Below, piece after piece: positions 12,811 through 24,718 of a stretch of 64,000 nucleotides of DNA. Where the stretch lies: the NCBI GenBank assembly GCA_000165425.1, contig CT868061.1, forward strand, positions 124,001-188,000, in the 5' to 3' direction. The notes beneath the pieces were generated by a model, which ran no database searches, had not been told where the DNA came from, and saw only the letters and a program-made list of their open reading frames with translations. Position numbers and translations under genes: made by a program. Positions within the stretch are counted from its first letter, which is position 1; every line of letters starts with the position of its first letter. This stretch comes from Paramecium tetraurelia (Eukaryota).

Positions 12811-13886
12811 GCTGGGAAGCTAAAATGATTAATTAAACATCATATTAATATAAGAGAAGTTCTAGATTAATAAATTATCATGAACAAAACAATTAGATTT
12901 TTTCAATTATTCAATAGGTGATTCTAAGAAAATATGTAAGATTGGTTTAATTTAGTTGTTATATTGACTTCACAAATAATATTATTGTTTCGAAATTAGT
13001 GTATATAAACTATTTCTAATCATATGGTGAACAGTTTTATTAAGCCTAATTTCAATTCAAATATCTTACATATATTTTATGAATGTAAAAAATTCTTAAG
13101 GCCAATTAATTTGCATAGTAGTATAATAATATGCACTTCAAATTTGAAGTGATAAGTAAAAAAAATAAAGCTGTATACAGGGATTTAACAATCGTTAATA
13201 TTTCTTTTTGTTATCCCTTATGAAGACTAGCAAAATTTAAATATTAAAAATTACACAATAATTTTGAAAAGGATACTTTTAATTTCTAAATTCAAATATA
13301 TAAATTCGAATTGAAGAATTGTGAGATACTGATTTTTTTTATTATTCTTATCATCCAATTTAGCGTTAACCATCTTGTTTATAATGCCTATAGAAAAAAA
13401 ACATTGATATTAATGAGCTAATATATTCACTAATTTAGCTGATTTTAAAATAAATTGAATGCTAAATTCCATAAAGCACAAATACATTTTTAATCGATTT
13501 ACATAAAAATCTTAATAATTTTTCTACAATATTGCATTATGTAGAATAAAGTTATCCATAAATTATTTAATAATATATTTTTCTTAAATATATAAAGATC
13601 AGTATGATGAAGGTATAATGATTACAATTTTTACAAATTGACATCTAAATTAAAAACAATAATAAATTTTGTAGATATTATCAAAAGGGAATTAATTTGC
13701 AAATTAGAAGAATATAGACCCCAATTTAGTTTCCTTATTTGTTAGGTTTTTATTGAGCAATTTTTCAATCAATGTGATTTTGCAGATATAACAAGAATAA
13801 AAAAAAGTAGAGAAAGCTTAGTCTCAGAAATAATCAGCAATTCATTATATAAAAGAAAATGAATTTACTAATTAATATTAATTTAA

Positions 13887-16627
13887 ATGATCACCAATCA
13901 ATTATTCAATCCATAATTAGGATCAAAATAATTTGCTGTTCCAAGATAAGAAAACAGAGCATGCTGTTTTTACCCACGTAGATTACTTATCTGTTATGAT
14001 TTTATAAAAAGAATTCCAATACCTCTAAAAGCAGTTCATTATTTTTTAAAGGTTTAATCTGGTTTTCTTATAGTGGAATTAAAATAAACCTATTCAACTT
14101 AAAGTTATAATGAACCAATAGAATTAGAATATTTATTTTCAATTAATAAAAATGCAGCTGTGACTAAAATGATTGTTGAATTAGGAGACACAAAAGTTTA
14201 TGGGATAGTTAAGGAAAAAGAGGAGGCTAGATAGGAATATGAAGAAGGAATAAAGTAGGGCAAGACAATGGCATACAGTGAGCAAGATGAAGAATTTCCT
14301 GAAATAAAAAGAGTTAAAATTGGAGCCCTTGCTCCAAAAAAAGAATTAAATATCACATTTGAATACATATAACCTTTGGATGTTTTTTTAAATAAGTTAT
14401 GGAAAGTAGAAGTTTAGCCAATGGTTGATGAAAATTATTTTAGCCTTAATAAATAATAGTAGAGAACTTAAAATCTATATTTTGAAAGACTGAGCAGATA
14501 CATTCAGAAATTTGTTCAGATAGATTAATTTGTATACAACTTCAAGCAAGATATTAGTGTATCCATAGATATCGGGTCTCCAATCACATATTATAAATGT
14601 CCAACTCATAAAATTTTAAGCGGAAATGCGAAAAATGAATACGCTAAGGAATAAATTAGTTAGGAAAATTTAAAGAAATTATATCTTATGTTAGAGGATA
14701 CACCATCTAATTTTATTCCAACAAAATAATTTACACTATTATTTTCAAGCGATGACGTAAATCTCCCTCGGGCGTTCTTAAGTCATACTAATAATGATGC
14801 TTTATTCGCATAAAAATATTGTGCTACATTGACATTTATTCCAAAGTTTAATTAAACAACTTTGGATGATGCATATTCACAGTACTTGGAAGAATTAAAT
14901 ATTGCAGAGAATCAAGCAATTAATAGAGGAACTTACTTATTCTTCATCGACAGAAGTGGATCAATGTCTGGAGGCAGAATAAAGAAAGCAAAATAGTCTT
15001 TAATTTTATTTTTGAGAAGTCTACCCGATAATTGTAGGTTCAACATCATTTCATTCGGAACAATGTTTAGATCTTTATGGTCGGATTCTAAGTAATATTC
15101 CCAAGATACATTGGATGAGGCTATCAAACATGTGAATGCAATGGAGGCAAATATGCAGGGGACGGAAATATTTAAACCATTTTAAGATGTTATCTATAAT
15201 AATCAATATGGCAAGTCAAAAACAACTACATTAAATATATTCTTGCTTACAGATGGAGAAGTTGATGTTTTCCCAATAATAGATTTGGTAAAGAGGAACA
15301 ATAAAGCAGAAACTAGAGTATACACTTTAGGAATTGGAGAAGGATGCAGCCAATATTTAATTAAGAATTTGGCGGATGTAGGAAATGGCAAATTTTAATT
15401 TGTAGCAGACGACGAGGATATAAATGCCAAAGTTATTGATTTGTTAGAAGATTCAATGACTCCTTATTTGCAAGGGTTTAACCTTGAATCAAATATTTCA
15501 AATATTGCTCAAATAATTCCAAATCCAGAATCAATTGTGTGTTTAAAGAAGAACTAAGAATTAACAATTTAAGTGTTATTTTCCCTTGAGCAGGTTACTG
15601 ATAATTTACAGCTAACTTTAAGTTGCTTTGATCCGTAAGAATAAAAACCAATTAAATATTCAGTTTCATTAAATATAAATAATTCTTAAGAAAATGAATA
15701 TTTTCATAAATTGGCTTCGCACAAATTTATCACATATTATGAAAACAGTCTAAACTATGGCGAAAATCACGTTAATTTTATCAAAATCAACAAGGATACA
15801 ATAGATGATTAGGATATCATCAACTCATCAGTAACACATTAGATATTAAGTTCTAAAACTGCATTTGTATGTGAAGTCTGTGACTTAGAAGATCAATTCA
15901 AATAGTAGATGAAATAAAAAGTATAAATCACATAAATTAAACAAAACTAATCGGTAGATTAACAGTTGATTGGTCTCCAAAGATTGGTACCTTGCTCATC
16001 AAATTTATATCGTCCAACAAGCTCTAAGGGATGTAGATAGATGTAATCTCAGCTTTCTTCATAACCCTAAATTTAGTATAGGCAAAAATGTTAAGAGGAG
16101 AAAAATCCTATTTAAATTTAATTCCAAAATGGCTGCTGATTTAAGAACAAGAAGATATGAAAAGGATGATAAACTGAATAGTTTATAGAAGGAGTGCAAT
16201 TAAGAAATGTCCTATAAATCAAAGAAATAGACACAAAATCTGATGGAAGAACAAAGAGCATTTCCAGTGAGAAATTAAAGAGAAGAAGAAAATTGTTAAA
16301 TTGATTAAATTTAATTAATTCTAGGGTTAGATTAAAAAAATGGAATATGACTAGTTGATTTCTTATGCCAAAGCTGACGGTGGATTCTTATTTGATGAAT
16401 AAGTTGAAAAGCAAATAAATTTTGAAGGGTGGAAGAATGAGGAAAGCTACCCATAGAATATCTGGCTTACTTTACTTGCTTTACTCTATTTGGATCAATA
16501 TTGTTCTTAAAATAGAAAGTCATGGCAACTAGTGTATTAAAAGGGAATATAATTCCTATAGAGAAATGGAGTTTCTTATAAGTAGTTGAAGGAATAATTA
16601 CTAAAGAATATTAAACAACAAATTTGA
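13887..16627 (+). CDS. VIT + von Willebrand factor A domain protein (VWA5A-like)
   Basis: VIT-like PIELEYLF...GIVKEKEEARQEYEEG...IGALAPK; vWA MIDAS FFIDRSGSMSG, FNIISFG, IFLLTDG, VYTLGIG; C-terminal LISYAKADGGF...WLTLLALLYL. Frame changes at ~16130-16330 are unresolved (introns or errors). Confidence 0.88.
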
Positions 16628-16675
16628 TTTAACATTTTGTGTCATAAATTTCAATCATATTTATTAATTTATTTA

Positions 16676-16940
16676 ATGAATTTAAGATTAATGCTAAGTA
16701 TAGCGTCTAGGGTGATTGGTGCACATAAACCTCTCACTTGGATGCAATACCCATAACTGCATTTGTATACTAATTTTTTGAGTATGGGTTTCACTAAATC
16801 CCATATTGCCTGAAACCTCAATATTAACAATCAGCACTTTTAGAAGAAAGCCTGCCAAGCTCAAAAAGGCCAAAAGAAAGCAAAGAAGAAAGAAAATCAA
16901 ACGAATGAATAAAGCCAATAGAGAAAGACGTAATTATTGA
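16676..16940 (+). CDS. Small basic protein, mitochondrial ribosomal mS38/Cox24 (DUF1713)-like
   Basis: Presequence-like N-terminus MNLRLMLSIASRVIG and C-terminal STFRRKPAKLKKAKRKQRRKKIKR. A one-base frame discrepancy near 16775 is not explained by a canonical intron. Confidence 0.55.
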
Positions 16941-16994
16941 GTAATTATTAAACACATATAAATATTATTGTACTTATATCTAAATATAAATTTA

Positions 16995-17640
16995 TCAAAT
17001 TTCTAGACGCTTTTCACTTACATATATACCATCCAAGAATTGTCTGATATCCTTATTTTTAACAGCACAAGCTTAATGAATAAGTGCACAGGTCAGTGAA
17101 ACATTATTCAAATCATTACCTTAGAGTGTTAGGACATCTAAAGAAACTATATGAATATTAAATACTCTTTTCTTCCTATTCATTTCTTGTGATTGTGACT
17201 CCTGGAAGGCATTTAATTGTTCTGATGATCTTTTCACCAAGGAAATTCTTAATTTCAATACCAAAACCTTTATCTAAGAGATTGATAATGATTGGAAAGT
17301 GAGCGTATGCCAACACCATCTTGAATTTATAACCAGTGGTCACACCTCTGATCATATTTTTGATTGAAGAGGCAACTGAATTAACTTGGCATCTCTATTT
17401 TCTATATGATTGCCACATTCTAACGCTGACTCTAGATTTGGAAGAATTGGTTTTCTTATTTACCTTCTTTTACACTTAGATATCTAAAGCAGCATGTCTA
17501 AAATTTTTGGTCAATTCACCTCTTGGTCCTAATATTTCTTAATATTCACTAATACCTTTTACTTTGACTTATTTGGATTTGGTTGTAATTTCAATCTTCT
17601 CAGGGATGGGAACATGCTCCTCAGTCAGAATGTATTTCAT
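16995..17640 (-). CDS. RPL9: 60S ribosomal protein L9 (uL6)
   Basis: MKYILTEE..., VKGPRGEL (intron), NMIRGVTTGYKFKMVLAYAHFPI, EIKNFLGEK, KDIRQFLDGIYVSEK. Confidence 0.96.
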
Positions 17641-18591
17641 ATCTTTTAATTCTTTTAATTAAATTTTTGAAGTCTCAACCCTTAATATTAAAAATTATGA
17701 TCATTATAAAATATAAGTATTATATCAGTTTATCATGTAGGTTCTTACCATTTATCTTGAAAAAGCATTTACTATAGCTCACTCCTAAAAAGAAATTAAA
17801 TATTACGCCATTTTCATTAACTCAATAAACAACTCTAATAAACAATTCATAATAATATTTAAGTTATTGAGAAAGTTTCAATTTTATGTTTTATTCTTAA
17901 GCATATTGATCTTATTACAAAAAAAAATGAATGTTATTTTGATTTTTTGATTTCATTGTTTCTTTGAAAAAAATATTTAAATTTATTAATTTAATAATTC
18001 TTATGAAATCTTGAATTTGCCATCTGAATTTGGCATTTATCTATGCTTGATTTTGTTAAGGATTAAGATGCGATGATAGCTTAATTGAATATTGTTGGCT
18101 AAACAGTATTATCTTAATTCTAAATAAATAAAAATATCAACAAAATAATTAAATATTTTAAGATGTAAAAACAAAGCCTCTTTTTTAGCATCCTAATATG
18201 TGACATTGATCTATTAATATCGAAAATACTTAAATTTTTGCATCTATATCTGCCTAATCTACATAAAATATTTTATTGGTCATTACTCGATATAAATATG
18301 TATTAATTAACTTTAATTAATGTAGTTTAAGTACTTTCTTTCTACATTTTACACTAAATAACCAATTTTTATCTATTTTATACTTCTGTAGAGTTTATCA
18401 TTAAAGCAAATCTTATTACAGTTTTTAATGCTTTGTAATTCAACAAATGTATGTCTAAAGGTGTTGACGATAAACTAGCACTATCATGATTTTACTATAA
18501 AGAGGAGAAAAATTTGAGAAAATGGTTTCCTAATAACCATTTTAGATAATTTTTATAGTTATAATATAAATAAAAGAAAATAGAAAAAATA

Positions 18592-19560
18592 ATGGGAAAA
18601 AATCGAAAAAAGAATGGAGTTATTAGAAAATTCTTTTAACGCTAATGGAACTATAGCACAGTTGTTATCACTTTCAATTTAGTCTTATCGTTATATTTAA
18701 TGATCATTATTGAAAAATAATATTATTTAACTTTTGATTAAGATGAAAAAATAAGATAGGAAATTCATGAATCAGTTAAACAGAATTGCAAACACTAATT
18801 AGAATCAATGCTTAAATAATAGGAAACAAATTAATTCAATTACCCTTAAGGGTACTCAACCCTATAAAAAAATGATATATTGACTAGTAGTTTATATGTT
18901 TAAAAAAATAAATATGATGAATAAACAAGTTAAACCAATGAAACATCATTAAATGATAAAATAATAAAAAATGACTCATAAAAACACAAAGATAATAATA
19001 AATTGAAGAAAGAGGAAGAAAATGAAAAAATAAAAATGAATAAAATTAATCTCTCATCTATTTACAGCAAAATCTCACCAGAAAACCTAGCTGGGAAAAT
19101 ACATAAAAATCTTTCAACTGCAAACTTTATTTCCTTCTAACTTATTTATAATGATAGGGTAGAAAAATCTTTAAATCAAAAAATATTTGAAAAAATATTT
19201 GAGAAAATATATACTTTCGGAGAGGATCCTTTAGTTTGTTTAGCTGCTGAAAAATAAAATACAATAGTTTTAGTTGGGTGTGATATCTCTACTCAGGTTT
19301 TTTAAGATACAAAAAATGTATATCTGGCTTAGTGTTAAAACAATAAAGAAATATGTTGGTATTATTATTAAGGTCGAGCGTTTGGTTTTTCTCCAAATAA
19401 AGAAGTTGATCTGACTTATTGTGATAAATTCAATCCTTTGGATGAAAACAGATTATGTATATCACTTAATGAGAAAGACAAAGAAAGAAGAATTGGAATA
19501 TTGAATCGATCAGAATAAATAAGTGGATTTAACTTATAGATATATATTCTTAATATATGA
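18592..19560 (+). CDS. Unknown membrane-anchored protein with Cys-containing C-terminal domain (family X, copy B; intact, no tandem repeat)
   Basis: 969-nt code-6 ORF: MGKNRKKNGVIRKFF, a TM-like segment, a Q/N/E/K-rich spacer, then DPLVCLAAE...ICWYYY.GRAFGFSP...RLCISLN...RRIGILN. The start could lie further upstream. Confidence 0.75.
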
Positions 19561-19795
19561 TATAATAATTTATATGTTTACATTAATAGTTATTGAGAAT
19601 TTTTCAAATTTAATTTTAGTTCGAGGAATAAATAATACATTATTCAATTTTCAAAAATTCAATTGTTATTATGTTTTTGTAAGACTTTTTGTGAACATCA
19701 AATTTAATAGAAATATCAATTGATCTAATTTTATATTTATAATGAATTTGAATTGAGTAGAACAATCCATAATAAATTTTTCTGAATTTTTTTAT

Positions 19796-19945
19796 NNNNN
19801 NNNNNNNNNNNNNNNNNNNNNNNNNNNNNNNNNNNNNNNNNNNNNNNNNNNNNNNNNNNNNNNNNNNNNNNNNNNNNNNNNNNNNNNNNNNNNNNNNNNN
19901 NNNNNNNNNNNNNNNNNNNNNNNNNNNNNNNNNNNNNNNNNNNNN
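19796..19945. other. Assembly gap, probably spurious (flanks overlap)
   Basis: 19946-20160 re-reads ~19575-19795 with T>C-type mismatches and homopolymer shortening concentrated near the gap. Confidence 0.85.
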
Positions 19946-20699
19946 AAAGTAACATAATAGTCATGAGAATTCCCAAACCAAACTTAGTTCGAGGAATAAA
20001 TAATACTTATTCAATTTCAAAATTCAATCGTCATAATGCCCTTGTAAGACTCCTTGTGAACATCAAACTTAATAGAAATATCATTTGATCTCACCTCACA
20101 TTCATAATGAATCTGAATTGAGTAGAACAATCCTTAATAAATTTTTCTGATTTTTTTATAATATGCGTTTCAAATTAAGCATTAAAATCTTTTATTAAAT
20201 ATATGAAATGATTATTATATTGATCAAATTTATTGACTTATTTAACCAGAGAAATTAATTTCGTTTACTTTTGCTTTATTTTTATCATTATTAACAATTC
20301 AATATATGCAAAAGTATTATAAACTAATAGCGAAATTTTGAAAATATGTTAAAATTATAGAATATGAAGTATTTCAATCGAATGTACAGATCATTCATTT
20401 ATTAAATATTTCATGGATATTTTTTGAATATAAATTTTTCAAAATGGCTAATAGCTAAATGATAAATTAAGAAAAAAATTGTAGATCAGAATAATTTTGA
20501 ATAATCAAATCTGAAAAATTAATAATTGATAGTGGAAATTATTTCTTCTCTTGTTTCTAATATTTAGGAGCAATTTGTGCTCTTATTCTATTTTGACCTT
20601 GATATTTATACTATTTATTAATATATGAAGATATTTCATACGGAATATTAAAATTAATTTGAAATATAAACTCAAAAGTTTTTTAATATTATATAAGTA

Positions 20700-23600
20700 A
20701 AAGAGGAAATCAAGATAGTATTATTGTCAGTTATTACAAAGAATAACCGAAAAGAAAAATACTAAAGTATAGAGAAATTTAAATCGATAGGCTAAACGAG
20801 TTCGAGATGTTAACAATAAATTATAGATACATAATTTGAATTCGAGAAAAATAAAAAGAATATTCTAAATTCGTATTAAACTTAAGCAGTAATTGAAAGT
20901 AGATTAATAAAGATATAGGATAGAAAATGAACATTTAGGATAGTTAAAATCTTGATTAATTATTTTTGTTTAATGTTTCAAAGCATAAAATAAGCTTAGG
21001 GGCTTAAATTACAACTATTTAAAATACTATATTAATGGAAATGGAAAAGAATAATAAAAAGAAGGTTAAGTAAAGCAATTAATGAATTCTAATAATTTAA
21101 AATTACAATTATTTTATTTGAATTCAAATTTGAAATATTTTAATTGAATTCTCAAGAAAAAACCAGATGATGTATTTCAAAGTAAAGCATCTTTTTAATA
21201 ATTAAGTTGATTAATAAAGAATTACCCTGTAATCTGCTTCTAAGCGAGAATCAATCAAGAGAAAAATGGATGCTTAATTATAGTAAAGCAAGGAACTTCT
21301 AAACAAATCCTTAAATGTAGAATATACCATACCCATAATAAAAATCCCTTGCAATGTTTATTAATATTCTCGCAAGTGACTTTTCACACTACATCATATC
21401 AACTTTATCATATTCAATTATAAAATTATATTATAAAATCAAATTTTAAGCTAATTTTGCTTTAAAATAAAAGAAACTCATCTTATTCAAAAAATATAAA
21501 CAAAAGAAATTATATCTATGAATCTAAAATATACCTTCTATAAAACAAAACAGTTATTAAATAATTCTTCCATAGTTTGAAAAGATTTTAATAAGTATTA
21601 CTTTTATGTAAGACACACAGTATTGATAAATATCACTATAGTAATATAATAAAAATGCTGAGTCTGAGTAAAACAAGGATTGGTCCTCAAATCATATGCT
21701 TATACAGCTGGTGAAAAATTATAAGTTATTAAACTGAACCCGACACACTGAACCCAGAAAATGAAATGTAAGTGAGTCAAAAACAACCTTTATAACTGGT
21801 AAAAACCAATCAACCACATATTATTCGCTTTTTAGATATAAAGGAAACTGTTAGGGAACTCTCCAGAATATAATTCTATAAAAAAACTTGGGGAGGGTAA
21901 TCGTCAAAGAAGTCTGGCGATAATTTGCTTCAAATAAAAGTGCCATTTTTTACGCTATATTTTTTTAAACCAAAGCCAAAAATTTAACCAGGAAAGTGTT
22001 TAACTTTAAATATCGGTATTTAAGAATACCCTACACTAAAATCTTCATAAAGAATAATCTTAGGGGAATTAAAATACATACAATTTGATATTTCCTCATG
22101 CAATATAGCAAAGTATTCAAACAAAAATATTATAATTCAAGAATAGGTAATTTTCTAGCCATAAATTATTGTAGCAAATAATTGTGAAATACTTTTTATT
22201 TGGCTTTCTGATCATATTTTCATTAAGATTAAATGGAGTAGCAAGAGCCATAAAATATATTGTTGCAAGAAAATGCACTATTTAAGAAAAATGACCAACA
22301 ATAGGTTTAGAGACCAGCTTGTTTGTATAATTATGCCAGTAAACCTAAGAAAGGATAAAGTGATTAAACAATATGAATAACTTTATTCAAAGTTCACCCA
22401 AAGTTAGGATGATCAATGAAAATCTTGAAAAGAGGTAGCTTCTACCGAACTAAGAGGCAGAAAAATAAGATACAAAATATCGAACCCTTTACGGTTCTAA
22501 ATTCGCTTAAAAGAGATAGGGGAATATTTAAATACTTTAAAGAAGAAATAAAATAATTGAATTTCTTACTGTATGTATTAAACTTGCCTTCAATGACTCG
22601 GAAAACCCAAAATTAAGCTCCCATCTAAATTAAAACTTCCAAATTTTAATCATTGTCTATCATAAAAAATACAAGTTTTAAAAGGAAATGTCAAAGAAAA
22701 AGCAATTTCTAGTGATGAAACTTTAGATACGTTCCTAAAATAAGCAAAATCTATCCAAGAGATACCCAACTTACTTCAATAGGACTTACCTAGGTATTCC
22801 TTCATAGAATATGTTTCAGCGAATTCACTCTTTAAGTTAGCGGAACTTCAATTTTGCTTTTCAATTGCACAATTATAATAAGAGCTATTTAAAATACAAA
22901 ATAGCTTGTTGTTTTATCTGTAAAAAAAATTAAATTAATGCGAATTGATTATAAGCAACATTAATAACACAACTAAGGAGTAAAATCTTTGAGTGTGCTA
23001 AATTGACATTTCAAGTGCTTCTAAACAATTAACAGAAAGAAACTCCTTGAAATCTTGAATTTTAATTTAGATTTTTTAAAGCGATGAATTGACTTTCTGA
23101 AGGCACCTCATTTGAACTGATATTTTAAAAGTCCACTACTTAAAAAAAGAAAAACTATGGCTAGAGAATTGATTTTGGTATATTTTTCCTTTATTTGTTT
23201 ATATTTATTTGAATAGGTTTTGAGGCGAATTTAAAAGTCAGTTTCAAAAAAGATTTAAGTTAAAGCAAATGCAAGTGATTTAATTTTCTTTGCTAAAACT
23301 ATAGAAGTTAAAAGAAAGCTTTTCATTTGTTAGGAGATATAGTTAATAAATGGATGCTCGAGTAAACAAAAAGTAGCTAGGTATATTTAATTAAGGATCA
23401 TTTCCAAAGGGAAATAATTCCCTTCCTGAATATTTGGTTATTAAATAGAATGTTGACCGATTTCAATTCAGTGTAAATAAATTAGTAATAAATTTATACT
23501 GATAGAGAAGGATCAACTTTTATTTGTAAATCTAAATTTGATTCATTCAAAAGCCAAGGGGAATGGATACAAATAATTGATAAGTCTTCGCAAATCAACG

Positions 23601-23800
23601 TCAAATAAGGTTACTGATATTTAGAAGACTTTAGGTATGAGTGGAAAATTAACAGTTAAAAGACAAAACTAGAGATACTATAGAAATTTTAAGATTAACT
23701 AAATGACGGTAAAGAAAATAGATTTAAGCATGTCATTATGATGAATATAGTATAAATTGTATACCTAAATCCTAAACAACCTTAAGACATAAATTATCCA
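20700..23800 (+). mobile_element. Decayed non-LTR retrotransposon (APE endonuclease + reverse transcriptase), near full-length ORF2 relic
   Basis: APE-like NGCLIIVK (~21266), ILASDF (21366-21383) and SSNHML (~21684); RT-like KAISSD (~22699), IDISSA/TINRKKLLEILN (23002-23058), VKANASDLIFF (~23260, decayed YADD) and VNKKQLGI. Many stops and frameshifts; boundaries approximate. Confidence 0.65.
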
Positions 23801-24718
23801 TTCTTGAATTTGACTAGTATTTTTATTAGATCATCATTTTTATCAGTTTCACCCAGATCTTTTATAATTCCTTGATAAGCTCAACCTTTTCATTACTTAA
23901 GAAATACTCAAATTTGATTTCCTCAATTTAGAACCATAACACTTTTAAATAACACCTAATCAAATTTTTATACCTACTATTGCCAATATAACTTTAATAA
24001 ACATATAAATTTAATAAAAAGTCAAACTTTTAGTAATTCCATCTTATTTTAGTCCTTTTTAGCTTTTGTTGTTATGTCTGTAAAAATGGCGACTTTATTA
24101 GGTTCTCATTTTTCACTGATCAAAAAGGAATGCTCCGCTAAAATGAGTTTTAAATCTCTATTTCATCTTGTATTTAATATTTTAATATTTCTATTTATTT
24201 TTCAATCACTTTCATTTTTATAATAATTATGTTCTACCTCATTTAAAATTGGTTAAATAAAATAATGTCTTGGTTAAGGACTATCCTGTTAATAAGTATT
24301 CAAAATAATTCCTTAATCCATCAGAATTTTCAAATTATGGATGCTCAACTCTGAGATTATTAGATATTATCTATATAACTTCTCATCCTAAATTCCTTCT
24401 TTATGATCGCTTATTATTATTCTAATTAAATTAAGTCATCTGCATGCACCTCATCCAAAATTATAATTAAAGGATAAACTAATACAATGATTTATAAAAT
24501 TAATTACTTTAAAGCATAATGTATTTAAGATCAAAATTTATAGATAAATATTACAAATTACAATATTTAATAAAGAACTAGGCACTATAAATATTTATAA
24601 CTTATTAGCAAGATTCTATATGAATCTTCGAAAAGGTGTTTCACTTTATAATTAATTTTTATATTTTTAAGTTGATAGCAAAATTCTGCTATTTGATTAA
24701 TATTTATTATATTAAGTA

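Noticed and set aside
12481..12836. GC-rich patch and poly-X ORFs at the first gap
   Set aside because: About 30 nt at a contig end next to Ns; probably a poor-quality read end or vector remnant. The ORFs consist of Ns.
19575..20160. Apparent ~220-bp direct repeat (LTR-like or RIP/editing-like T>C changes) flanking the gap
   Set aside because: Mismatches rise toward the gap edge and include homopolymer shortening, typical of a low-quality read end; it is best explained as overlapping contigs.
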